A DNA stretch of 64,000 nucleotides, from assembly GCA_965242965.1 (NCBI GenBank), contig OZ251518.1, positions 2,016,001 through 2,080,000 on the forward strand, given 5' to 3'. Source of the DNA: Candidatus Poribacteria bacterium (GTDB lineage Bacteria; Poribacteria; WGA-4E; WGA-3G). A model generated the notes under the pieces. That model ran no database searches, had not been told where the DNA came from, and saw nothing but the letters and a program-made list of their open reading frames with translations. The position numbers and the translations under genes are program-made. Of the stretch, positions 10,313 to 19,868 are shown one piece after another. Positions within the stretch are counted from its first letter, which is position 1. The number at the start of each line of letters is the position of its first letter.

Positions 10313-11058
10313 CGGTAGGAGAGCCCTCCCGGTCTTGACATTTTCCGGTAGGAGAGACCTCCTGGTCTCGATGCAATTCGGTAGGCGTTCACGAAAAAAA
10401 ACGCCACCCTTCCTCGTAGGGCTTGGGCCCTCGCATGCCACACGCGCAGGCGAGCGGGTTTCCCTCGCCAGCGTCCGCGCGCGCCAGACCTCCTCCCTCT
10501 GTAGGGCAGGATCGCCAGATCCTGACCCGTTTGTGATCAGGCGATCACAAACTACAGAGGGGGAGCTCACCGTAGGGCGAGGGCCTGTCCCTCGCCAGCG
10601 TTCATGCACGCGCACTCTAACGATCGCGGGGGACAGGCCCCCGCGCTACGGTGGAAAAAACGGTTTATGTTACCGTAGGGCGAGGGCCTGTCCCTCGCCA
10701 TGCCTCGCGCTACGAAAAAAACGTCTCTTAGGTCCGTAGGACCTTAATGTCTATAGCAGCCGAAACGCAAAAGGCACTAAGGTCCTTTAGGTCCTTAATA
10801 TTCTTTAACGCACAACATGTTTTCCCATTAAGGACCTAAAGGACCTTGACGTGGGACCTGCACGTTTTTCTATAGACATGTAGGTCCTAAAGGACCTAGA
10901 CGCACATCGTAATGATGGACAACGCGGGGGCCTGTCCCCCGCGCTACGGGAACATCGAGACCGGGAGGTCTCTCCTACGGCATTGCATCAAGACCAGGAG
11001 GTCTCTCCTACCCCAGGAGGACGCACCTACCGAACGCATCGAAATATGAAACACCCTC
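10313..11058. repeat. Mosaic REP-like array ending in TATGAAACACCCTC
   Basis: Several GTAG palindrome families plus AGGTCC-N-GGACCT/CTATAGACAT block. Confidence 0.9.
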
Positions 11059-11076
11059 AATTAATCTAGTCTCATA

Positions 11077-11105
11077 ATTAAACCACACAAAAAACCGTTT
11101 GTCAA
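11077..11105 (-). promoter_or_regulatory. Sigma70-type promoter pointing into the REP array
   Basis: TTGACA-17-TTTAAT on the minus strand. Confidence 0.55.
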
Positions 11106-11175
11106 ATGAATTCGACTTAAATTTTCGGATAAAAATGCATTTTTGGGGGAGAATCCGGACTTTCTCCCGCCAAAT

Positions 11176-14100
11176 TCACCGTTGGATAAACATTTTCCGC
11201 GTCGCACGGAAATGCCCCGCCTCAATAGTATAGAAATAAATGCCACTTGCCACAGGTTCACCGCTAGCATTCCTGCCATCCCAATACGCTGTATGCGCGC
11301 CGGCACGCTGATGTCCAACTGCCTTGACATGGACGCGCCTACCTGTCGCATCGTAAATGGACAGCGTGACAGGTGCCGCGGCGGCGAGTTGATACGGAAT
11401 CCATGTCTCCGGATTGAACGGGTTTGGATAGTTCTGCCCGAGGTGAAACACACCGCTGGACGACAGAAATGCCTGTTCCTGTTCTACAGAAAACTGCGAT
11501 GCATCTTCTACGGCGAGTTTAAAACGGTGCGGATGCACCTGAAAAACGCGCAATTGATACAGGTCAGCGACGTATAGAACGGGCGCGCCTGAGCCCGTTG
11601 TTTCAAGTTTGAGTTCAAAGGGATAGCGGAGTCCATCAAAACGTGAGATGGAGGTCAGCGCGTGCTTGTCAATAATCTGAAGGCTCTCGCTATCTAATAA
11701 ATAGAGATAGTTTTCATGCACTTCGGCATCAATAGGAAGCGCGCCGTTTGCGTAGAGTCCTATCTGTCTCGGTTTGTCCGGTTCACTAATGTCTAACACG
11801 ACAACGCCGACGCGGCTGTCCAACAGATACGCGCGTTCCGATGCTGGTGCAATTTCAGTCGCGTTGCCTTGCGTGGCGTAACTGGAGACGCGGCGAGGCA
11901 TAGCGGCTTCCGTAATGTCAAAAATGTGCATGCCACCTTCTAGGGCGGCAATGTAGGCGTGTGAACCGTCAACCGCAATCCGATAGGCACTGCCGCGCAT
12001 ATCACGTTCGGCGATAGTGACGAACTTGTCAAGTTCAACGACGATGAGGGATTCTGCGCAGAGGTAGGCGTAGTCTTCATGGATAGCGATGTCCGTAACA
12101 GGGTTCGCTGTCGGGATATGCGTTACAAGCGTGTTGCCTGCCAAATTGACAACGGACATCCCTGTTTCGGTTGCGACGAAGCCGCTAGGCGCGTTTTTCA
12201 AGCGCGCTACGCGGACTGTGGTGGCGGATGCCGGGAGGGGCAATGTCTGTGTCACGGTGCCGTCGTGAGGAGTTGTCAATTCAATAGTCTTCAATCCGCC
12301 TGCGCCGTTTGCGATGTAGACAGCGCGTTCTCCATTTGGCTGTTCGCTTGTATCAAGTCCGTACGCTGTGCCATCAGATGCGTAGCGGTGCGTCCATTGC
12401 GGCGCGTGCGGCGTGCTGACATCGATGGTTTGGATGCCCCCTTTTCCATCGGCGACGTAAGCGAAATTGCCCCACAACGCGACATCGTTTGCGTTTCCGA
12501 ACGTTGGCTGCGAAGAAAGCCATTGCGGTTGCTGAGGTTTGCGGACATTGATGAAGTGTAATCCCGCCTGCCGGTCTGTGAGATAAACGGTGTCGTTATG
12601 CAACTGAATGCCGGTTGCGAGCCCGGGGGTATCTAAACTGGCAATGATTTCCGGTTGGAGAACGCGAGGGACAGGTGCAGGGGGATTTTCGGCTTGAGCC
12701 TGGATATTGACAACGCGGAAATTGCCACCGGCGACGTAGACGGTGCCTGTATCTGTTACCGCAAAATCGTGCGCGAGGAGAGGGACAATGCCTTCTGTCA
12801 CAAAATTGCCGAGGGGACTCGGTTTGAGGATATGAAGTCCCTGCCTGCTATCGCTGAGATAGACGGTATCGTCCGCGATGGAGATATGGAGTGGAATGCC
12901 CGCGGTTTTAAAGAATCGCCGCGGCCTCGGCGTTGCAGCATTCTGCGTATCGGGTTGGTTAAAAACGAGCAGGCCGCGTTCATTATCTAGGACATAGACT
13001 TTTCCATCGGCGATGTGAACTTTGCTCGCGTTGGTGAAGCCGCCAAGCGTTTTGATAATTCTCGGTGCAGGCGGCGAATTGATAGCGATGAGATGCACGC
13101 CTCCCTCCCCATCGGCGACATACGCCGTATCGGCATCCACGGTGACTCCTTGTGCCTTTCCCGGCGTTGCGATTTCACCGACGCGGGCAGGTTTACCCGA
13201 ATCCGTAAGCGCGAAGATTTCTAATCCCCAATCGCTGGCTGCGCAAAGATAAGGTTCGCCAGTCTCGGTGAGGTGGATTGCGACATCATGATAGTCGCTG
13301 GCGAGGTGGAGTTGCGTCATCGGCTCAAGGATATAGGAGACATTCGATTTCTTCGCGCTTGGTTGCGTTCGGTTGCCGAGAGAATGGGTTATCGCGTGCG
13401 GTTCGCTTCGTGATTGAGTCGGTTGCCTCGGTTCGCCGACTAAGGGCAATTCGGGACCGGAGTTCCCTCCTACCGCGACATATCGGAGCGTTTGTGGCGC
13501 GTCTGCCGTTACTATCAGAACAATCTGGCCATTTTGTTGTAAGTCGTCAAACCGAATCTTTCCGTTATTTTGTGCATCGAATTCAATTATAGTGGACGCG
13601 CTTTGTAACCGCGTCGGTGCAGCGGAAGGCAAATAGAGTGCCGAGGCATGGAGGTTTCCAACTTCGTCTCCATTGAGCGCGATTTCAAGCGTTGATGGCA
13701 GATTTTGAAACAAGATGTAGTGCGCACCCCACGTTTCAATTGGGATAGTGTTAGCAGCAGTCGGGTAAGTGCGGACACGCCGGACGGTAGCCGTAACCTT
13801 CCGATTACGCAGGTTTTGATAACCAAGCTGTTTGGCGCGAGTGGTATTGTTCAGCCAATTGGCGAGTCCCCAGTTCAGAAAGGCATCTGCAAAACGTTCT
13901 TCAGTAGGAGAGCCTCCCCGTTCTTGTAATGCGTTCTCAATTGCCTGTTGTCCAAGGGCATCCTCTTCCACAATTTGGCGGATGAGGGGCGCGCCGCCAT
14001 ACTGTTCATAGAGATAGAGCAGCAGCATGAACGCGCCGCCGTAATAGATATTCGGGGTGTTGGCATAAGTGAGAGAAACTTCCGGGGCGGCGAGATAACC

Positions 14101-14859
14101 GTCGACATAAATCGTGTGGACATTACCGTAGACTGCCCATTCAGCGAAGCAGGCGATGCCTTCCTCTAGCCATCGCTGATCGGTGGTGCCGCCGTTCTGA
14201 AACCAGTTAATGAGATGTCCGAATTCGTGCGCGAGACTGCTGTAAAAGGTGTGTCGGGCGCGTTCACGGAACTGATAGATGTCCATGAACAGCATTTCGC
14301 GCCGATTGCTATTGTGTGCCGTTGGGAGCTGATCTGCCGGTGCGAAGTAGCCGCCATAATCACGTCCAGAGGCGTTCATGCCGACATCGTGCATCAACAG
14401 CGTAATGCGGTTGTCTCTATCGAGCCCCGGGCGGAATTCAGTGCCCATCCACTTGCGGACTTCAGGATAGATGCGCGCGTCAAACTCCGCCGCAATGGAT
14501 ACCGCTTCCGCATCCGTGAGTAGATGCCGCACCGAGTTTTCAACGTAGACGTAGAGGTGTGCGCTTATGGCGACGCAGGTAGCCTTCACCTCCATCTCTG
14601 GAATGTGGATAAAAAACCTGTCTATCTGTCCGAGTTGGACAGGGGCTGCGGGGGCATGTTCATCCAGCAGGAGAGCCCTCCCGTTCTCGATTTCTTCGTG
14701 TAGGTGATGGCGATGGGCAGCCCGCCGCGCCCTGTCAACCAGCAACGGAGTGCCGCACTGCCACGGGGCAGCACCGTAGGCATGCCAACCCTGTGTGAAG
14801 TCAACAGCGGACACCACAAGAAAAATGAGTATGAGGGAGAGAGAAAACTTTCTCATCAT
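11176..14859 (-). CDS. Secreted metallopeptidase-like protein with LVIVD repeats and FlgD-Ig/secretion-type C-terminal domain
   Basis: Signal peptide; AHEFGH...WLEEG zinc motif; repeated AYVADG.GG units; QNYPNPFNPETWIPYQL...WDGRNASGEPVASGIYFY. Confidence 0.85.
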   Translation of the reverse strand: MMRKFSLSLILIFLVVSAVDFTQGWHAYGAAPWQCGTPLLVDRARRAAHRHHLHEEIENGRALLLDEHAPAAPVQLGQIDRFFIHIPEMEVKATCVAISAHLYVYVENSVRHLLTDAEAVSIAAEFDARIYPEVRKWMGTEFRPGLDRDNRITLLMHDVGMNASGRDYGGYFAPADQLPTAHNSNRREMLFMDIYQFRERARHTFYSSLAHEFGHLINWFQNGGTTDQRWLEEGIACFAEWAVYGNVHTIYVDGYLAAPEVSLTYANTPNIYYGGAFMLLLYLYEQYGGAPLIRQIVEEDALGQQAIENALQERGGSPTEERFADAFLNWGLANWLNNTTRAKQLGYQNLRNRKVTATVRRVRTYPTAANTIPIETWGAHYILFQNLPSTLEIALNGDEVGNLHASALYLPSAAPTRLQSASTIIEFDAQNNGKIRFDDLQQNGQIVLIVTADAPQTLRYVAVGGNSGPELPLVGEPRQPTQSRSEPHAITHSLGNRTQPSAKKSNVSYILEPMTQLHLASDYHDVAIHLTETGEPYLCAASDWGLEIFALTDSGKPARVGEIATPGKAQGVTVDADTAYVADGEGGVHLIAINSPPAPRIIKTLGGFTNASKVHIADGKVYVLDNERGLLVFNQPDTQNAATPRPRRFFKTAGIPLHISIADDTVYLSDSRQGLHILKPSPLGNFVTEGIVPLLAHDFAVTDTGTVYVAGGNFRVVNIQAQAENPPAPVPRVLQPEIIASLDTPGLATGIQLHNDTVYLTDRQAGLHFINVRKPQQPQWLSSQPTFGNANDVALWGNFAYVADGKGGIQTIDVSTPHAPQWTHRYASDGTAYGLDTSEQPNGERAVYIANGAGGLKTIELTTPHDGTVTQTLPLPASATTVRVARLKNAPSGFVATETGMSVVNLAGNTLVTHIPTANPVTDIAIHEDYAYLCAESLIVVELDKFVTIAERDMRGSAYRIAVDGSHAYIAALEGGMHIFDITEAAMPRRVSSYATQGNATEIAPASERAYLLDSRVGVVVLDISEPDKPRQIGLYANGALPIDAEVHENYLYLLDSESLQIIDKHALTSISRFDGLRYPFELKLETTGSGAPVLYVADLYQLRVFQVHPHRFKLAVEDASQFSVEQEQAFLSSSGVFHLGQNYPNPFNPETWIPYQLAAAAPVTLSIYDATGRRVHVKAVGHQRAGAHTAYWDGRNASGEPVASGIYFYTIEAGHFRATRKMFIQR

Positions 14860-15095
14860 AAGGCGACTGCCGATGGCCGTTCTTGAACCACAGGAATGAC
14901 GTAACTCCGAATCGTCATTTCAGCAATCTGTTCCGTTTTTACCTGCGGTTCTGGGGTTTGGCGATAATCGAAGACGACATAGTATCCCCGCGTGACACCC
15001 TCTAGTTTGAGATATTTCGCGAGCTGCTCTTTGCCGGCTTGATAGGATTTTTCGCCTTGGATTTCTGTCCGAATTCGGTGCTTTATCTGCATCAT
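14856..15095 (-). pseudogene. 79-aa C-terminal remnant of a PD-(D/E)XK-type domain
   Basis: GKEQLAKYL...GYYVVF resembles the QL..Y tail of such nucleases; the upstream part is missing. Confidence 0.5.
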
Positions 15096-15163
15096 GTTAA
15101 GTTTAACACAGCCTAGTGGAAATTGTCAAGGCGGACAATAAACTAAATAGGCCTGATATTAAG

Positions 15164-15418
15164 AGGGTGTTTCATAAATCTGTGTAGGAGAGCCTTCCCG
15201 ATCTCAATATCGTCCGCGCACTCCAACGCTCGCGGGGGACAGGCCCCCGCGCTACGGGAAAAAACGCCACCCCCTTCATCGTAGGGCGAGGGACAGGCCC
15301 TCGCCTGCGTGCGTGCATGCGGCATCCAACGCTCGCGGGGGACAGACTCCCGCCCTACGGGAAGAAATCAAGACCCGGAGGTCTCTCCTACCGCACGCAT
15401 CGAAATATGAAACACCCT
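15164..15418. mobile_element. MITE-like REP cassette with 13-bp TIR and 9-bp flanking duplication
   Basis: AGGGTGTTTCATA (15164-15176) ... TATGAAACACCCT (15406-15418); GATATTAAG at 15155-15163 and 15419-15427. Confidence 0.7.
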
Positions 15419-15425
15419 GATATTA

Positions 15426-15454
15426 AGTATACCTGAAACGGACTGAATTGTCAA
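15426..15454 (-). promoter_or_regulatory. Sigma70-type promoter firing into the TIR cassette
   Basis: TTGACA-17-TATACT on the minus strand. Confidence 0.7.
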
Positions 15455-15529
15455 AAAACAGAGATTTTCCTTGACATCGCGGTTAACTTTGTGGTATCAT
15501 AATAGAAAAACAAAAAGGAGGCATCTGTT

Positions 15530-16120
15530 ATGCAGAGTCTATTTGAAATGTTGATAGGTGTCGGGACATCGTTAGTCGCAACCGGCATCGGTGTCCTCGC
15601 CGCTTGGCTGTGGAGCCGTAAAAAACGGGATGATGAGTCGACAAACCGGATTCACCGGCTTGAAATCCTGGTCGAGAGTTTGTCTGAAAGAGCTGACAAC
15701 CTCATCGAAAACTTGGGAATCAAATTTGATAACCTTGCCAAATTTGTCTCTTTGTCCATCCGAGATTTTGAGCAGGAGCGCGAACGTGATAAACAAGCGT
15801 TTGAAGAATACCTTGCGCGGATGCAAGAAGAACTTGAACGCGACCGCGAGTCGCTGCAGCAAAAGTGGGAAAGTGAGCGTGAGTTGCTGCAGCAAAAGTG
15901 GGAAAGTGAGCGCGAATTGCTGCAGCAAAAATGGGACCGCGAGCGCGAACTTCGGCAGCAAGAGTGGGAGCGCGAACGCGAACTTCAGCAGCAAGAGTGG
16001 GAAAAGAACAGCGATCACATTGTGAAAGCTGCCGCGCTGGAAGCCCTCAAGGTGCTGGAAGCCAGCAGGACATCCCCGCAATCGGATTCAAAAACACCGC
16101 CCAGGGACTCCAACGGCTGA
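15530..16120 (+). CDS. Membrane-anchored coiled-coil protein with 11-aa repeats
   Basis: N-terminal TM; five ExERELLQQKW-like repeats; AAGGAGG RBS and TTGACA-18-TATCAT upstream. Confidence 0.75.
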   Translation: MQSLFEMLIGVGTSLVATGIGVLAAWLWSRKKRDDESTNRIHRLEILVESLSERADNLIENLGIKFDNLAKFVSLSIRDFEQERERDKQAFEEYLARMQEELERDRESLQQKWESERELLQQKWESERELLQQKWDRERELRQQEWERERELQQQEWEKNSDHIVKAAALEALKVLEASRTSPQSDSKTPPRDSNG

Positions 16121-16194
16121 GCCCTAAGCACAATAATAGGACGAGGCGATGAAACCCCGTGCTTCATTGCCTCTTCCCGCTAACAGACGAAAAC

Positions 16195-16614
16195 ATGAAA
16201 CCTTACGAATACCTTGAACACACCGCCGATATGGGCTTAAAAGTCTTCGGCGAAGATTTGACGGCACTCTTCACCAACGCCGCGCAAGGACTCTTTGAGA
16301 CAATAGCTGTCGTGGACACGATTGACGAAACGGCATCGGTGCAGCTCCACGTCACAGCGGATTCGGTTGAGGAGCTCTTCGTCGCATGGCTTGATGAACT
16401 CAACTTCCGACACGAGACAGAAGCTATCTTCTTTAAGCGCGCACACATCGCTCACTGCAGCGAGACGGCTGTCTCGGCGGAGGTCTACGGTGAACCGGCG
16501 AATTTTGATAAGCACGAAGTCTATACGGAGATTAAAAGCGTCACCTATCATCAATTGCAGGTTGTGCAGAATCCGGACGGCGGGTGGTTTGCCCAGGTCA
16601 TTTTTGATTTGTAA
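16195..16614 (+). CDS. Archease
   Basis: YEYLEHTADMG, EIKSVTYHQL, C-terminal FDL; start reassigned to ATG 16195. Confidence 0.92.
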   Translation: MKPYEYLEHTADMGLKVFGEDLTALFTNAAQGLFETIAVVDTIDETASVQLHVTADSVEELFVAWLDELNFRHETEAIFFKRAHIAHCSETAVSAEVYGEPANFDKHEVYTEIKSVTYHQLQVVQNPDGGWFAQVIFDL

Positions 16615-16700
16615 AAATTAGTTAGGGAATGTCGTCATCTGCAACGTCAATAACGTTGATGATGGCTTCCGCAGAAAGAGTTGCTCTCCCCAGTAACCCT

Positions 16701-18395
16701 TTACCGAACGCCTCGCGAATGACGAATTTCCTCAATACGGATATGCCGATTCGGTTTGACGTTTTCAAGCGTATTCACGGCACCGCTTGGCCAGCGAACC
16801 ACGATTTTATCAATTTGAGCCCGGGAGGTATCTTCTACCGGCGTGCTATTGCCCAGTCCGAAGATGGCGGTGAGTTCACTCTGGGAGCAGTAACTTGAAC
16901 CGCTCTTGACGGTATGCGTCTGTGTGCCTAGCGCGGAGGTGACGCGAATTTGCGCACCGATGCCATCGCTGTTGCTAGTTTGCCCGATGAGCGAAATCTT
17001 AATCCACGCGTTGCGGTTACCTCCATCGTTACGAAAGAGATACGCGGGCCCGTTGGAGGTAGTCACAAGTAAATCCCAGTCGCCATCGTTATCAATGTCA
17101 CCGTAGGCGGCCCCTCTGCCGACAAGCGGTTTCCCCAGAGCAGCGTCAACATCCCTGAGGATATCCGTGAATTTGCCGTTCGCCTGATGATGAAATAGGT
17201 GCGGCGGCTGCGCGTACGTCACTTCACTCTGGATGGCGTTGATGTCCGTCTCCACATGTCCGTTGGCGGTGAAAATGTCTAGGCTTCCATCCAGATCGAA
17301 GTCAAAAAAGAAGCATGCGAAGGTGAGTGTCAACAGCGATGCATTCCCGATGTGCGCGATGGGGGCATCGTCAATAAAAAAGTCGCCTTCGTTGTGATAG
17401 AGGTTCAGCATCTCATTAGAAAAGTTCCCGATGACGAGGCTCTCCCGACCGCTTCTGTCGTAGTCCGCCGCGTCAATGCCCATAGCACCGGTGGCGATGC
17501 CGTTTTCGTTATAGGCAATGCCGGCGAGCATCGCTGTCTCGATAAACGTGCCATCGCCGTTGTTTTGATAGAGTTTATTGGGCTGCGTGTCGTTCGCTTC
17601 AAAGATGTCTGGCCAACCGTCGCCGTTGTAATCAAAGATACACACGCCGAGGGATTTGCTGGTGTTATCCTCAATCCGTGCGATGCGGGAGACATCGAGA
17701 AAAGTGCCATCGCCTCGGTTTCTAAAGAGTTTGCTCGCTTGCCCGGTGTAGGATTCGGGAGTGCAATAGGATTTGTTCGTGCCATCCAGCGTGCAGAAAA
17801 TATCAGTTTCGATGCTCCACTCCACATAGTTCGCGACGTAAAGATCGAGGTAACCGTCTCTGTTATAGTCAAACCACGCGCAGCTCGTTCCGAAGCCGGG
17901 GTTATGGATGCCCGCGGTTTCTGTCACGTCAAGGAACGTCCCATCGCCTTGATTTTGAAAAATCCGGTCGGTTTCAAGGCAGCTGATGTAAATATCCGAG
18001 TCTTTGTCGTTATCGTAATCTGCGACGGCGACTCCCATACCATAGAGCGGCACTGCGAGCCCGACAACTTCGGTGACATCGGTGAAGGTGCCATCGCGGT
18101 TGTTCCTGTAGAGTGCCATCGTCTGCCGTTTTCCGGTTGGGTGCCCTGGCCAATCTTTGCCGTTGACAATGAGAATATCCTGCCAGCCGTCCGAGTCATA
18201 GTCCAGAAAAGCGCAGCCTGAGCCCATCGTTTCGGGGAGATATTTCTCGCCGAAGGCACCGGTGTTATGCACGAAATTGATGCCTGCCGCGCGCGTGATG
18301 TCTGTCCATTGCGGTAGAGATTGCGGTAGAGATTGCGCTGAGACTGTGAGGTAGCCGCAGCAAATATAGCAGAGTAGGGTTGCTAACGTTTTCAT
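16701..18395 (-). CDS. CRTAC1-family FG-GAP / ASPIC-UnbV protein
   Basis: ETMGSGCAFLDYD, repeated DYDNDGxxD motifs, SGSSYCSQS...FGLG, WPSG. Confidence 0.92.
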   Translation of the reverse strand: MKTLATLLCYICCGYLTVSAQSLPQSLPQWTDITRAAGINFVHNTGAFGEKYLPETMGSGCAFLDYDSDGWQDILIVNGKDWPGHPTGKRQTMALYRNNRDGTFTDVTEVVGLAVPLYGMGVAVADYDNDKDSDIYISCLETDRIFQNQGDGTFLDVTETAGIHNPGFGTSCAWFDYNRDGYLDLYVANYVEWSIETDIFCTLDGTNKSYCTPESYTGQASKLFRNRGDGTFLDVSRIARIEDNTSKSLGVCIFDYNGDGWPDIFEANDTQPNKLYQNNGDGTFIETAMLAGIAYNENGIATGAMGIDAADYDRSGRESLVIGNFSNEMLNLYHNEGDFFIDDAPIAHIGNASLLTLTFACFFFDFDLDGSLDIFTANGHVETDINAIQSEVTYAQPPHLFHHQANGKFTDILRDVDAALGKPLVGRGAAYGDIDNDGDWDLLVTTSNGPAYLFRNDGGNRNAWIKISLIGQTSNSDGIGAQIRVTSALGTQTHTVKSGSSYCSQSELTAIFGLGNSTPVEDTSRAQIDKIVVRWPSGAVNTLENVKPNRHIRIEEIRHSRGVR

Positions 18396-19693
18396 TTTCG
18401 CAAAACCAATAGATATTCGGATTTCATTCCGTCAGGGTTCTTATTTTTTCGCGCGCCGAAGAGTTTCCGCGTCTGAATTCTGTCCTCATAGACATGCTCA
18501 AACGTCCAACCGCGTTCACAGAAATACTCCATCGCTATCCGCCAGATTTCGACGGCTATGCCATCAATCTTCGGATTGCCGACGAAAATGCATGCAGGCG
18601 CGCCCGGTTTCAAGCAATTCATCGCGTTTTCAAGTGCGTTGAGGGTGTGGCAAAAATAGGAATCTAAACGCTGCCGTAGATCTGGGCGCGTCAACGCTGT
18701 CCGTATTTTCTCCAGCGTCGGTGTGTCAATCACCCTGTCCGCCTTCCGATAGGGAATCTCCAGACGCGACAACTCGCGAATCTTTTCCTCGCCGTAGCCG
18801 AGCCAGAACAACTCCATCTTCGTTGAACGGATGTATTCCTGCGCTTGCAGATACGGCGGCGAGGTAATCAACGCATCACACTCCCGCTGAATGTGGTGAT
18901 ACGACGAGTCAACGCCGCCGTGGAACGCCACATGGCTATGGCTGTCGTGCTGGCGCGTGATAGTCATAAACTCGTTGAGGCACCTAAGCGTTTTCAAGGC
19001 ATGACTGCTCACCATCGTCCTTAACTGCGCTTGCCAGTCTTCTTGAAGGAGTGCCTCAATGGACTTCAATTTGCTTTTTGAGCGCGCCAATTTCGGCGTG
19101 CGGTGCTCGGCATAAGAGAAGTGTTTGCTCGCTTTCAGCAACCCCGATTCGATAATCCGCGCATAGATGCAATCATTTGCAGATTTGATGAACCCCCAAT
19201 AGCGCGAGAGAACTTCCAGCATCGCCTCTGGATACCAATAGGTGACGTTGGACCAGGCAGGGAGAAAACACTTGGTGCTTTGCGCCATGTCGTCTAGTTT
19301 TTGACACAACCTCTCCTCGCGCAATGCTTCTTTCCCTCGGTAAACCTTCATCGGCATGAGATGGTTCAAAAGCGGATTCAGATCGAGGAGCACAGCGTTG
19401 CGTTTGCAGAGATATGCCTCAACTCCGACGGTGCCGGAACCTGCGAACGGATCGACAATCCAGTCGCCGGTTTGTGTGAAAGTATCAATTGCGTATCTCA
19501 CCACTTGCGGGATGAATTTCGCGGGATAAGCAAAAATGGCGTGCGTCAGGTAGCCGGTATCGCGAATTTCGGGAACAAGTTCCCGAAAAGAGACGCGCGT
19601 CATTTCTTCGGGAATAGGCGTGTTTTCGGGATTTTCCGGCGCAGCCGCCGCGGGGAAAATCATCAATTGTTCTTTAAGTTTACGGTTTGTCAT
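18392..19693 (-). CDS. DNA amino-methyltransferase (SPPY, probably N4-cytosine)
   Basis: YPAKFIPQ, DPFAGSGT (motif I), ITSPPY (motif IV). Confidence 0.85.
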   Translation of the reverse strand: MTNRKLKEQLMIFPAAAAPENPENTPIPEEMTRVSFRELVPEIRDTGYLTHAIFAYPAKFIPQVVRYAIDTFTQTGDWIVDPFAGSGTVGVEAYLCKRNAVLLDLNPLLNHLMPMKVYRGKEALREERLCQKLDDMAQSTKCFLPAWSNVTYWYPEAMLEVLSRYWGFIKSANDCIYARIIESGLLKASKHFSYAEHRTPKLARSKSKLKSIEALLQEDWQAQLRTMVSSHALKTLRCLNEFMTITRQHDSHSHVAFHGGVDSSYHHIQRECDALITSPPYLQAQEYIRSTKMELFWLGYGEEKIRELSRLEIPYRKADRVIDTPTLEKIRTALTRPDLRQRLDSYFCHTLNALENAMNCLKPGAPACIFVGNPKIDGIAVEIWRIAMEYFCERGWTFEHVYEDRIQTRKLFGARKNKNPDGMKSEYLLVLRK

Positions 19694-19695
19694 TT

Positions 19696-19791
19696 TTTGT
19701 TGTTCGCGAGGCGTTGTTTGGCTTTTGCTGTGCTGATGATATTTTTGTTGTTCGCTAGGCGTTGTTTGACTTTTTCTGTGCTGATGATATT
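19696..19791. repeat. 48-bp imperfect tandem duplication
   Basis: TTTGTTGTTCGC(G/T)AGGCGTTGTTTG...CTGTGCTGATGATATT twice. Confidence 0.85.
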
Positions 19792-19868
19792 GACTGAGCA
19801 GGCCGCATTGACGTTGTCAATGCTTGCATTCCTGGGTTGTGCGTGAGGCGGTCAGTCGGTTGTCCCGC

